Below are positions 49,501-62,020 of a DNA stretch of 64,000 bases, piece after piece. The position numbers and the translations under genes are program-made. The notes below the pieces were generated by a model, which saw only the letters and a program-made list of their open reading frames with translations, did not search any database and was not told the origin of the DNA. This DNA is from Mizuhopecten yessoensis. Lineage: Eukaryota. The stretch is taken from contig NW_018479851.1 in NCBI RefSeq assembly GCF_002113885.1, forward strand, positions 1-64,000, written 5' to 3'. The first letter of the stretch is position 1. The number at the start of each line of letters is the position of its first letter.

Positions 49501-52500
49501 AAGTGTTTGACAATTCTTAGCCCCGTGACCTTGAAACTAGGTCAAGGTCATTTTTGTTATCAAACTTTGTCTGGCTTTTACCAAGGAAGCTATCAGCTTT
49601 GACTCTAGGAGTTTCCATTCTTCACAAGAAGTCGTTTAAAGGAAAAGTTGACGGACGCCGGACGGACAGACGGACGGACGACAGACGCCGCGCCATGGCA
49701 TAAACTGGCCAGTAACATGCTTGTGGATGAAGGGCTACATATATAGTTTTTAGCTCACCTGGCCCACAGGGGTCAAATGTGTTTGAATCTTTTAGCTTCT
49801 TTTGAATGACTGAGTGAAGACACTGATATTTTTGCCTGTTGCTTTATCTTAATCCACTTTTAAGGTTGCAGGTGTGAGATTAATACCAGGTGAGCGATGC
49901 AGGCCCATTGGAGCTCTTGTTATACCCAGTAGTTAGCATGAAAAATGTACAAAGTGGTTAAAAATACTGTATTATGTTTGCATCAACAGTATGTCGTAAG
50001 AAACACGACAGAATAAGCTAACCTAAACGTATATCAATGTAAAAGCCCATTATTTACTAGTTCAACCAGTGTGTACTCAGAAAAGGGAGTGGAAGCAATA
50101 ACAGATAGATGCTGACCAGCCTTTGGTAATGAGAACCATTAATGCTCCCGGGGTGTTGCTAATTGTCTATAATCAGACATCCAAATGATCAAAATTATAA
50201 GTTACATTTTTCCCCCTAAATAATTCAATTTCTGGAGACGGGGCCCAGTTTATACCATATTATGTACATATATATTGATGCAACAATAGTGTGCTTTAAT
50301 GATAAATTCAGGCAATACAATGTGATACAGTATAATGGATCATAGATATTCAGGTAATACAATGTGATATAATGAATCATAGATACACAATAGTGTGCTT
50401 TTCTGATAAATTCAGGTAATACAATGTGATATAATGGTTCATAGATATTCAGGTAATACAATGTGAGATAATGGATCATAGATATTCAGGTAATAAAATG
50501 TGATATAATGGATCATAGATACACAATAGTGTGCTTTTCTGATAAATTCAGGTAATACAATGTGATATAATGCATCATAGATACACAATAGTGTGCTTTA
50601 ATGATAAATTCAGGCAATATAATGTGATATAATGGATCATAGATATTCAGGCAATACAATGTGATATAATGGATCCTAGATATTCAGGTAATACAATGTG
50701 ATATAAAGGATCATAGATATTCAGGTAATACAATGTGAGATAATGGATCATAGATATTCAGGTAATAAAATGTGATATAATGGATCATAGATATTCAGGC
50801 AATACAATGTGATATAATGGATCCTAGAGAAACAATAGTGTGCTTTAATGATAAATTAAGGCAATACAATGTGATATAATGGATCCTAGAGAAACAATAG
50901 TGTGCTTTAATGATAAATTCAGGTAATACAATGTGATATAATGCATCATAGATACACAATAGTGTGCTTTAATGATAAATTAAGGCAATACAATGTGATA
51001 TAATGGATCCTAGAGAAACAATAGTGTGCTTTAATGATAAATTCAGGTAATACAATGTGATATAATGCATCATAGATATTCAGGTAATACAATGTGGTAT
51101 AATGGATCATAGATATTCAGGTAATCAATTTCTGGAGACGGGGCCCAGTTTATACCATATTATGTAGATATATATTGATGCAACAATAGTGTGCTTTAAT
51201 GATAAATTAAGGCAATACAATGTGATATAATGGATCATAGATATACAATAGTTTGCTTTTATGATAAATTCAGGTAATACAATGTGATATAATGAATCAT
51301 AGATACACAATAGTGTGCTTTTCTGATAAATTCAGGTAATACAATGTGATATAATGGTTCATAGATATTCAGGTAATACAATGTGGTATAATGGATCATA
51401 GATATTCAGGTAATAAAATGTGATATAATGGATCATAGATACACAATAGTGTGCTGCTTTTATGATAAATTCAGGTAATACAATGTGATATAATGGATGA
51501 TAGATATTCAGGTAATACAATGTGATCTAATGGATCATAGATATTCAGGTAATACAATGTGGTATAATGGATCATAGATATTCAGGTAATCAATTTCTGG
51601 AGACGGGGCCCAGTTTATACCATATTATGTACATATATATTGACGCAACAATAGTGTGCTTTAATGATAAATTCAGGCAATACAATGCGATATAATGGAT
51701 CATAGATATTCAGGTAATACAATGTGATATAATGGATCATAGATACATTAAGGGTCCCTGTCCCACTACAGGCAGAACACTAGTTTCTCTAGATACAACT
51801 GTAGTGTGGACCAGTTTACTATCATCGACCAGCTCAGATGGTTATAATGATCAGTGATCAATGGCCCAAATCCTGGTCTATTTGTACACTCAGAACACTG
51901 TTTTTTGTTTTGTTTATATAGTTATAGTTATCACGGGAAAAGCAGTTTTCATTGCAAAGTTACAATTTATTTTGCAGTGGTACGGGTCTCCTCAAGAAAG
52001 CATTTTACAGTGAGGTTATAGCACACAGCACATTTTCCTTTGAAGTCAGAGTGATTCCGACAAGTCTTACCTTAATGTTTTCCACTGGTCAATGCCATCC
52101 AATGGCTGTGTACCATTTAGTGAACCACCTGCCACGCCCACCAACGTTGGGTACCAATCGGATACGTGCATTAGCTCTTTGGAAACAACCTGACTCCGCC
52201 CAAGTATGCTGCCATGGACGAACGCCACCCCTCTGATTCCACCCTCCCAAAGCGAGCCCTTGAAACCTCTCAGTGGCCAGTTACTACCTCCTCCATGCTT
52301 TACTAGACCACCGTTATCTTAAACATACCAATTTATCAATTAATCATTTATGCATTTTAATGCATAGCTTAATATCCATAAACACACTTTGTGCAGGTGC
52401 TTTCTGGGTATAGTGACAAAATGCACCACGAACGGGCAAGGTAAAGTTGGACAGTTATTCGTTATTCGTTATTCGGAATAACGAATAACTGTCCAACTTT

Positions 52501-55500
52501 ACTTTCCGTATGTTTGTGTTTTACATCCTATTAAGGTGGCTCCACACTTTCGCAATTAACCAGCAAAATTCGTTGAAACTTTCAAATAATGGTAATGCAA
52601 CTATGTAGAGTTAATTTTATGAAAATCTAAACATTCCGATAGTTTGGGAACTTTTTTGGAAAAAATATCAAAAAATTGAATTTTCGTCAATTTTAATATT
52701 TTCCGTTTTTTTTTTTGGGTGTGGCATTGTTCGGAACAATAACAACAATAAAAAAAGGAAAAGAAGCATTTCTAATTAACCCTACAAATATTTTATTTAT
52801 CGCAAAATATGTAACACATGTTACACAAAGTGTTTTTTATTGAATTTGTACGGATAAAAGTGATTATCTACAAGCTAAAAGCAAACAGGACACACAGATC
52901 TATACATATAGAGTGGGAAATTGAACAAAATATACACAATGGCTTTATAGTTAATTTATTTTACATTTTACAATCACTTTGATCCAGGTGAGAGTTATCT
53001 TCCTTGAAAAAAATCGGAACATTTTGCAGAGGGATGACATTTACACAATGACAGGTCAGTTGTCTCTGTTTACATATAACAAAAATGATGGAAATAAATC
53101 AAAAATATGATATCAAAATTATCAATTTATTGTTCTTTAATGGAACCAAATTACCCTCAGTCATGTACACTTTGGACATCATTCAACAGTCCGCTAACTC
53201 ACGGTATATTTATAATTACATGTCAGGTACATATGTGACAATTAAGAGGCTATCGCATGGTATGCCGTTCTCACGTGCACTCACACATGCATTTCATAGG
53301 TTTCTTGATATTTTACAAAACATTATTTTCACAGAGTAAGTAGACTACATTTGTAAACACGATTTAATCGACAGAGCGAAACTCCCTTAACAGCGAAAAT
53401 CGTAACGACCTCGAGCTTATGAACTCGTGTAAGCACGTGATATGCACACATGTAAGGTTGGTACGTCCGCATTCCATGTGTTTCCTATATGACCTTCTTG
53501 AGGGCGTCTGGTCTCATGTCTCTGTCTTCCCGTGAGTCTGTTTATGTCTATGAATTGGAAAGCTTTATTCATGAAGTACGTGTGATTATACATTTCCAGG
53601 TAAAATCTCGATATCGGGTGTTAACATATTATCGGCACGCACGTGTACATGTACTATTGTTTACCAGGGGCCTGTTCGTTTATGCGGAACAACCGGTTTG
53701 ACCGTTTATAAATGTAACAATTTCGGGTATAACTCCTGGCGGACCTGCAAATGTGTATGCAGGCCTTGCAAGGCTTTCTCATAGCTCGCCTGAAAGCAGC
53801 ATCAGATTACTAGGTCCGACCTTATTTAATAACGAACAGCAGTGGTCCGATCGGTTTGACCGTTTCTACGATATTGAATGCCCGATACGCAATACGGAAA
53901 TGACGACACGGTGTACATGCACATTTCGATCAAGATAATTGAGTCCGAGCTGTACTTTTTCCGGAAGTACGTCACGAAAATGAACGCTAATGACGATGTG
54001 TGGAGCCACCTTAACAGCTGTGGTCAATTAAGGACGAGCCAGGTTTTGGTGGTGGGGGTAAACCAGAGTACTGGGAGAAAAAATTATTGACCCTTGGCCA
54101 GTACTGGCAAATGCCCCACGTAGGCCTCGAACCAACAACCCAGTGACAGAGGGCTAGTGATTGTAGATAGTAGATAGTAGATAGTGGACGCCTTTGCCAC
54201 TGTGGCTTCATGTACAGTTGCTAATTTTATAATTAACTACTTATGTGTATGACGAGTATAGGGCGGGACTGTACAGTGTGACGATTATAGGGCGAAACTA
54301 TCTAGTGTGACGATTTATAGGACGTGACTGTACAGTGTTACGATTATAGGGCGGGACTGCAGTGTGCCGATTATAGGGCGGGACTGTACAGTGTGACGAT
54401 TATAGGGCGGGACTGTACAATGTGCCGATTACCTGACGGGACTGTACGTTGTGACGATTACCGGACGGGACTGTACGTTGTGACGATTACCGGACGGGAC
54501 TGTACAATGTGACGATTACAGGACGGGACTGTACTCTGTGATGATTACCTGACGGGACTGTACGTTGTGACGATTACCGGACGGGACTGTACAATGTGAC
54601 GATTACAGGACGGGACTGTACTCTGTGATGATTACCTGACGGGACTGTACGTTGTGACGATAACCGGACGGGACTGTACAATGTGACGATTACAGGACGG
54701 GACTGTACTCTGTGATGATTACCTGACGGGACTGTACGTTGTGACGATTACCGGACGGGACTGTACAATGTGACGATTACAGGACGGGACTGTACTCTGT
54801 GATGATTACCTGACGGGACTGTACGTTGTGACGATTACCGGACGGGACTGTACAATGTGACGATTACAGGACGGGACTGTACTCTGTGATGATTACCTGA
54901 CGGGACTGTACGTTGTGACGATTACCGGACGGGACTGTACAATGTGACGATTACAGGACGGGACTGTACTCTGTGATGATTACCTGACGGGACTGTACGT
55001 TGTGACGATTACCGGACGGGACTGTACAATGTGACGATTACAGGACGGGACTGTACTCTGTGATGATTACCTGACGGGACTGTACATTGTGACGATAACC
55101 TGACGGGACTGTACATTGTGACGATAACCGGACGGGACTGTACATTGTGACGATAACCGGACGGGACTGTACATTGTGAAGATTACAGGACGGGACTGTA
55201 TACCGTGACCATTACAGGACGTGATTTTGTTCAAATTCAATGTTCCTGGTCCTAGCTCGGTGTGAGTTCCTATTTCAATCTTAAAGAAACTCGTCGTGAA
55301 GACTGTCATTGGCACCCCCTATACGTGTAAAATTTAAAAGGTTGTGCACCGGTACGGTTTCTAGACCCTCTTGGACCCTATACACGAAAATTGTCAAAAT
55401 TGAGATTTTGTTCAAATTCAATGTTCCTGGTCCTAGCTCGGGGTGAATTCCCTTTTCAATCTCAATGAAACTCGGTGTGCATACTGTCGTTGACACCCCC

Positions 55501-58500
55501 TGTACGTGCAATCTTTCAAAAACTGTGCACCGGCATCCATTTTATAGCATTTTTCTGTAAATTTTTGAATAACGAATAACGAATAACTGTCCAACTTTAA
55601 CCTGCCCCACGAACGTTGAATTCCGTATAACCTTTGAACAGTCAATAAGGTAGTTCACTTAAACGTTGAGATAATTGCAAGGTGCTTGTCATGATCGATA
55701 GTTTATATGCATGCTCCTAGCTGGTTATGCTTAAATTAAAAATGTGTCTGAAAAAAATGTTGGATACATACCCGTAGAAAATACCAACAGTGTGTTGTTC
55801 CATACTCCCTTATCCTGGAAAGCTGACACAATCTTCCCAATAGCTTGGTCCATAGCAACTACCATTCCTTTCGCGATAAAATAAACTATACTGTTCCGCA
55901 ATTATATAAGGACATCGAGTAATACTACAGTGTTATTCCAACAAATGACATGACTACAACTCAGTGTTGATACTCTAAATATCAAATAAACGAATAGACT
56001 TTAAATAATGTCATTGCTATTTATTGTGACGTAAAACATATGATAGTACAACATTATTGCGCTGCCTGTACATACCTCCGTACATTTTGCGTGGCCCCCA
56101 GAGGTAGGATAATCCTGTAAGGTACTGTTTTGGGACCTGGAGTGGTGTGTGAACGGCTTGCAGTGCGAGGTACACGAACAGAGGCTGTAACCATACATAA
56201 CAATAGCTATGCATGGTTCTCATATTGTTTATATTTTATATACATTGTATTAAACATGTAAGCAAAATAACCCATTTGAGGTCATTATGTCACTCAGTTG
56301 ACCTCTGGCGCTCGCTTTTCATGCGTCATGCTTGCATGTATATCAACATTCATAATTTCGATTACGTTTGTCTGATTTTTCTGAAACGTTTTCAACCTGT
56401 AATTGGGATCAGAATCTAAACACAAGAAAAGGCTGACTACCAAAAAGCGGAGGAGCTGGGACCCTAAGGTCTCGCTTAGTGCAAAACCTTCAAACGGCAT
56501 CTTGTGTCTCTATGTGTCTTAATCCATAATATTTTTGAATATAGACTCATATTTCATATTGATCCTTAGATAGTGGGCATTGGAATATGTACTCAAGAAG
56601 AGAATGAACCCCCATGGGAGCGGAGATATAAAGGGTCATGGAGTTCAAAACCTTCAAATGACATCTCCTGTGAGTCTAGTTGTTGTGTGACAAACATTTC
56701 ATCAAATGAAACCATGACGCATCATCTGGTCTGAAAGAATCTAGACACAACCAGATGCAGAATCTAGACTTGTACAATGTACAATAAGATACAATGATAA
56801 ACATATGTACATATACAATCAATATCACAGTACTATGTGTTATGTAAAGCCATATACGTGACCTTAGACGTGTTATGTTTGCTGACGATATCCAGTACCC
56901 GGTCTCTATATAGCTCGGTCGAGTAGGTGCCGGTGTGATTTGAGGGGTCAAGCCCATCCCGGAAATCAGTGCCACAAACATCCGGTTGTCCCTTCGTCAG
57001 TAAGGTACATGCTTTATGACTATAATGATCCTCGTTTCCTGTCAGAAATCCTAAAAGCAGAAACGAAAAAAGCATCATATAGAATGCTATAATACCCGTT
57101 ATTGATTGAGTCATTTTTAATTCAATTTTTTGCCACAACGAAATAATTAGGTGATTCTTTCGATATTAACTAGTTGTATTGGCCATTTATAATGTATATG
57201 GTTCTAAAATAACAACAACGCCACATTTTGTTCACAAGTAAATTTGCATTTCAACAAATGTTATTGTTCAGAAAATATTATGTCAGATTGTGCGTAATGT
57301 TAAATTATGAGCGTAATGTTAAATTATGTTAGATTATGTGTAATGTTAAATTATGTTAGATTGTGTTTAATGTTAACTCCTACCACAATACGCTGTGTTA
57401 ATCCACTCTCAGGTCATTGTATAAACACGCAGACTGTTAGATGAATATGAGTTATATACCACACGTGGTTTTGACCGCTAGTTACAGGCAAAATTGCTAC
57501 AGACGCTCGATATCGTTTCGACGTCACACCGTCGCGTGTCCAGTTCGTGAAACCAAAACAAGATCTGTCAGAGTGTCGGGAAATATTTCGTTCTCCCAAC
57601 GTCCCGTTATCGCTATTGAGACGGTCTGACTATGGCTGAACTTTCACTATAATCGTCAACCATAGAACCGTCACGAAGAAACGTAGGCCTATGGTTTTGG
57701 ATATTTACAGCGATAAGTTCGTCCACAACGGTTCATCACTTGGCGGGAGGCAGACTTCGTACGATATGCTTACGCGCATATAGTCCGTGGTTAATTTATA
57801 TAAATTAATGCAATACTGCTACTCTCAATATTTAAAGTCATTTATCTATTTTATTTTTTCACGAAGTTGTTGCCGAAACATTTATTTTGACAATAATTAA
57901 ATATGTAAAAAAAAAAGTCATTTTTGAATATTAATGAGTGACTTTTTACATATGGGTCATATCACTACGCCAGCCTTGTCAACAAACACATGTGTGTATG
58001 TTCATGAGATTGTGGTAGAAACAGATCACACGACTCGTGTTTGTTGAGTATGGTATTCATTTCACTCTCGTTAGTTAGCGAGTGTCTTTCTGTAACTTTT
58101 GAAAATTAACTAACTCGAGTGAAATAAATACCATATTCAACAACCACTCGTTGTGTAACCTCTATTTATGCTAAATTGTGTGTTATATTAAATTATGTTA
58201 GATTGTGTGTAATGCTGAATTATGTTAACTTGTGTGTAATGTTAAATTATGTAGGATTGTGTGTAATGTTAAATTATGTGAGATTGTGTGTAACGTTAAA
58301 TTATGTCAGATCGTGTGTAACGTTAAATTATGTCAGATTGTGTGTAACGTTAAATTATGTCAGATCGTGTGCAACGTTAAATTAACGTTAAATTATGTCA
58401 GATCGTGAGTAATGTTAAATTATGTGAGATGTGTGTAACGTTAAATTATGTGAGATTGTCACGTGTGTAACGTTAAATTATGTCAGATCGTGTGTAACGT

Positions 58501-60090
58501 TTAATTATGTCTGATCGTGTGTAACGTTAAATTATGTCAAATCGTGTGTAACGTTAAATTATGTAATTAATGTATGGCCATTGCAGACTGAAAATAAAAA
58601 TATTTAAAGCGTTATCATTTTTTTTAAAATATTGCAATATATGAATCAACGAGTATCACATTCATTGAAATAGTCCATCTTTTCATGTTCTGCTGATTTT
58701 TTGCTTTTTAAAAATAAATAAATGTTAAAGCAATGTTATTTATATTATGTATCCAACCATAGTGGGTATCGAATCCCCTGTTCATGGGTAGGAACTTCTC
58801 CTTGTAGAAGCCAAGGTGCCATTTTCCCACAGCATGCGTGGAGTACCCAGCCTCTTTCAGTTTGTCGGCGAGTGTGGGACTGTTGAGGGGTAGACCATTC
58901 GCCTGGGCGTTGGTGATGTCAGCGTGTTGTAATCCTGTATGTATCTGGTTTAGAAATTTTATTGTGTATCTTTTATATTCACACAACGACTCACAATAAT
59001 CTAGCACAGGTGTATAACATTTTTATGCAAAATCAATCTATATTGACACCTTAAAATGTTCAGGTTCAAGATTGGGTGAAAACAAACTCGAACTTCATAT
59101 TACAGTGTACATGTAACAACTTGAACAAACTTCGATGTCTAGAAATTATGCTTATAACAGCACCCAGTTATTATCGTTATGCATGATACATTGATTCAAT
59201 ACATATACATTGAACTTTTGTGACTTTCATACAAAATAGTATGTACGTTAAAACGATTAGTGTATGCTGTCTATTCTCTTTGTAAGTCAGTATATTAAAC
59301 AAGGCATCCGAAGTGATACAAATCCCCTCGCAATCACACATTGAGGAATAAAGTTGGTAAGGCGATGACATCGTTTTTCTAAAAATAATAACAGCGACCT
59401 TGACCTTCAACGTAGAAATACGAAACGCGAACTTGTTTAAGGCATTGCCATACTAAACACTTGCATGAAGTTTCATGAAATTCCTTTCAGTGATGTAGTC
59501 GGTAGAGCGATACAGTTTTATTTCTAAAAAATAGTAACTGTGACCTTGAACTTCAACATAAAAACCCGAAACGCAAACTTGTGCAAGGTATTGCCATACC
59601 AAAAATGAAGTCGCTAGAGCGATGACAAAGAAGGGGCGTAATCCTATATCTCCTCGAACTTTCGTTGCAAGAGGACAATAGGTTTGAAGAAATGAAGAAA
59701 TGATAAAAAATGTAGTTTGATGTAAAAACAGAAGTATCAATTGTTACCACGGACTTGCCCGTGCCTTCACCCTGTATGTGTACACTGTAAATGCCTGTGC
59801 GATAATAAGGTAAAGATAGCGGTATGGTAGCTGCTTTGTATGGTGTCTACCTGATAACGGCCCGACATGAGTTGGCTCCGTGTCGGTGTTGACAAGGGCT
59901 GTACATAGTAGTTCTCCAGTATGACACCTCCGTCAGCAAGATGGTTCAGGTTAGGGGTTCTGATGTTGGCGCCGTGGTACCCGATGTCATTGTAGCCATA
60001 GTCATCAGCAAGGATGAATAAAATATTAGGTTTTTCTGCCTGACACAGTGCAAAACTAATTACGAAAATGTGTATGACAAACCAATGCAT
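46553..60090 (-). CDS. Arylsulfatase B-like sulfatase (family S1) with signal peptide, 8 exons, 496 aa; Ser in place of the catalytic Cys
   Basis: Exons (minus): 60090-59851, 58944-58758, 57050-56863, 56184-56076, 55867-55772, 52317-52071, 47189-47038, 46824-46553. GT-AG, 1491 nt, no internal stops. Motifs [99 protein letters not shown]. Confidence 0.93.
48033..48122. mobile_element. ~90-bp MITE
   Basis: TAACTCATTCAACCC ... GGGGCGAATGAGTTA terminal inverted repeats. Confidence 0.55.
49003..49921 (+). mobile_element. Cluster of nested or rearranged HINE-like elements
   Basis: Three TTTTTAGCT(C)A(C)CT-type 5' ends (49003, ~49278, ~49747), CGTC and GGAC microsatellites in both orientations, one 3' end CAGGTGAGCG..GGCCCATTGGAGCTCTTGTT. 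Confidence 0.65.
50226..51746. repeat. Compound minisatellite of 37-bp and ~61-bp related units with a triplicated anchor segment
   Basis: Unit GGTAATACAATGTGATATAATGGATCATAGATATTCA with or without CACAATAGTGTGCTTT..GATAA; anchor CAATTTCTGGAGACGGGGCCCAG at 50226, 51126, 51591. Confidence 0.92.
52535..54010. mobile_element. Nested non-autonomous Kolobok-like DNA transposon (1476 bp)
   Basis: Perfect 13-bp TIR GGTGGCTCCACAC / GTGTGGAGCCACC flanked by TTAA on both sides (52531-52534, 54011-54014). GG termini fit Kolobok rather than piggyBac. Confidence 0.8.
54020..54207 (-). mobile_element. tRNA-derived SINE remnant (V-domain-like core)
   Basis: Minus strand reads CACAGTGG (A-box-like), GGTTCGAGGCC (B-box-like), TTTTCTCCCAGTACTCTGGTTTACCCCCACCACC. 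Confidence 0.65.
54255..55220. repeat. 29-bp satellite (~33 copies) with an 87-bp three-monomer higher-order repeat
   Basis: GACGGGACTGTAC[GTT|AAT|TCT]GTGA(C/T)GATTAC[CG|AG|CT] cycling at 54551, 54580, 54609, 54638 and onward. Confidence 0.95.
57275..57376. repeat. 27-bp minisatellite, left fragment
   Basis: AAATTATGTTAGATTGTGTGTAATGTT units, same family as 58170-58565. Confidence 0.8.
58016..58164. mobile_element. Hairpin MITE
   Basis: TTGTTGAGTATGGTATTCATTTCACTC..TTAGTTA pairs with TAACTAA..GAGTGAAATAAATACCATATTCAACAA. Confidence 0.7.
58170..58565. repeat. 27-bp minisatellite (~14 copies)
   Basis: (GTGTGTAACGTTAAATTATGTCAGATC)n. Confidence 0.9.
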
Positions 60091-60619
60091 TATATATGCC
60101 GTACTGACTTTGTATACTATTTTGCAATTCTTATCTTTAGATTTGCGTCATATGACTGTCATGTGATAGTGTAATACAGATATGCAATCAAACGGTAAAT
60201 AGCTAATTTTGTATAATACATATAATTGTGGAATTTAGTAACAAAAGACATCCCTGTCAATGTCAAGTGAGAGAGTTTTATTATATTATAATTATTTTAG
60301 TTGTACGTTCTCGCCTATAAGCGGAGAGTAAATAAGGGTCAACTGGGAAACAAAGTCTGTTGACTTTACGGTACAATTTTACTTTCCTGAGTTTGACTGA
60401 TTCGTTAACACGGAGGCAATGTGTATTGATCTTATCAATGCAACTGGGTTTTTTTCATATTTTTTTTTACTTTTACAATCAGAGGAAATGTAAATTTTAA
60501 GCAATTTTGCTTATTACAATGAACATGAAATACAATTTTAGTTATTTTTCAAATTCTGTATAGATAATTTTCCAAACGAAGAAAAAGTTAATTTTATCTG
60601 ACCGGCAGACACAGAAATG

Positions 60620-61693
60620 CACATGCCAGTACACCTCCAGCGGCAGACGCATAGAAATACACATACATGTACATGTACCAGTACACATACCAGTACACCT
60701 CCAGTGCACATACCAGTACGCATACCAATACACATCCAATACATATACCAGTACACATACCAGTACACCTCCATAACACATACCAGTACACCTCCAATAC
60801 CAGTACACATACCAGTACACCTTCAGTACACCAAGCACACCTTTATCACACATATCAGTATACCTCCAATACCCATACCAGTACACCTCCAGTACACCTC
60901 CAGTACACAAACCAGTGCACCCCCAGTACACATACCAGTACACCTCCAGTACTCAAACCAGTGCACCCCCAATACCCATACCAGTACACCTCCAGAACAC
61001 ATTTTAGTACACATACCAGTACACATACCAGTACACCAAGCACACCTCCATCACACATATCAGTATACCTCCAATACACATACCAGTACACCTCTAGTAC
61101 ACATACTAGAACACCTCCAGTACACATACCAGTGCACCTCCAGTACACATACCAGTACACATATCAGTACACCTCCAGTACACATACCAGTACACATATC
61201 AGTACACCTCCAGTACACATACCAGTACACCTCCAGTACTCATACCAGTACACCTCCAGTACACCAAGCACACCTCCATCACACATATCAGAATACCTCC
61301 AATACACATACTAGTACACCTCCAGTACACATACTAGTACACCTCCAGTACACATACTAGTACACCTCCAGTACACATACTAGTACGCCTCCAGTACACA
61401 TACCAGTACACCTGCAGTACACATACCAGTACACATACCAGCACACCTCCAGTACACATACCAGTACACATCCAGAACACATACCAGTACACATACCAAT
61501 ACACATACTAGTACACCTCCAGTACACATACTAGTACACCTCCAGTACACATACCAGTACACATACCAATACACATACCAGTACACCTCCAGTACACATA
61601 CCAGTACACCTGCAGTACACATACCAGTACACATACCAGTACACCCCCATTACACATATTAGTATACCTCCAGTACACATACCAGTACACCTC
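60620..61693. repeat. Compound 11/12-bp minisatellite (CCAGTACACCT / CCAGTACACATA) upstream of the sulfatase ATG
   Basis: Direct inspection; source of the many low-complexity ORFs here. Confidence 0.93.
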
Positions 61694-61882
61694 TTGACAC
61701 ATTTCAATGATGGACAGTGGAAGCGAGGGAGAGAAAGGAAGAAAAGAGAGAAGAAAGGAGGGGGATTTAGGCTGTCAAACGGTCAAAGACGGGTACATGT
61801 ATGTTCTTTATACATGTGTTTTCTTGTTTTTTATATTCTAAAACTATATTTTGTAGGATCGGCATATTGTTACAGATACCAT

Positions 61883-62020
61883 TGAATTAAAAACACTCAT
61901 TTATTTAATAATAAAATAAACTCTTCTGTAGAAGAACTTCGAAACCTCGGAATGAATTAAAAACACTCATTTATTTAATAATAAAATAAACTCTTCTGTA
62001 GAAGAACTTCGAAACCTCGG
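61883..62020. repeat. Perfect 68-bp tandem duplication (70-bp period)
   Basis: TGAATTAAAAACACTC..CTTCGAAACCTCGG at 61883-61950 and 61953-62020. Confidence 0.9.

Larger units (their letters stand above)
52435..55606. mobile_element. 3172-bp non-autonomous TIR element with 9-bp TSD (Mutator/MULE-like) in sulfatase intron 5
   Basis: 40-bp TIRs GGCA(AGG/GGT)TAAAGTTGGACAGTTATTCGTTATTCGTTATTC with 2 mismatches; TSD CCACGAACG at 52426-52434 and 55607-55615. Confidence 0.85.

Noticed and set aside
46553-60090. Bacterial horizontal transfer or contamination as the source of the Ser-type sulfatase motif
   Set aside because: Seven spliceosomal introns and ARSB-like sequence (YYVQP, HVSDW, WGPW) indicate a native animal gene.
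60538-61702. ORFs up to 247 aa rich in H/T/P/Y
   Set aside because: Low-complexity products of the 11/12-bp repeat in all frames; no domain or splice support.
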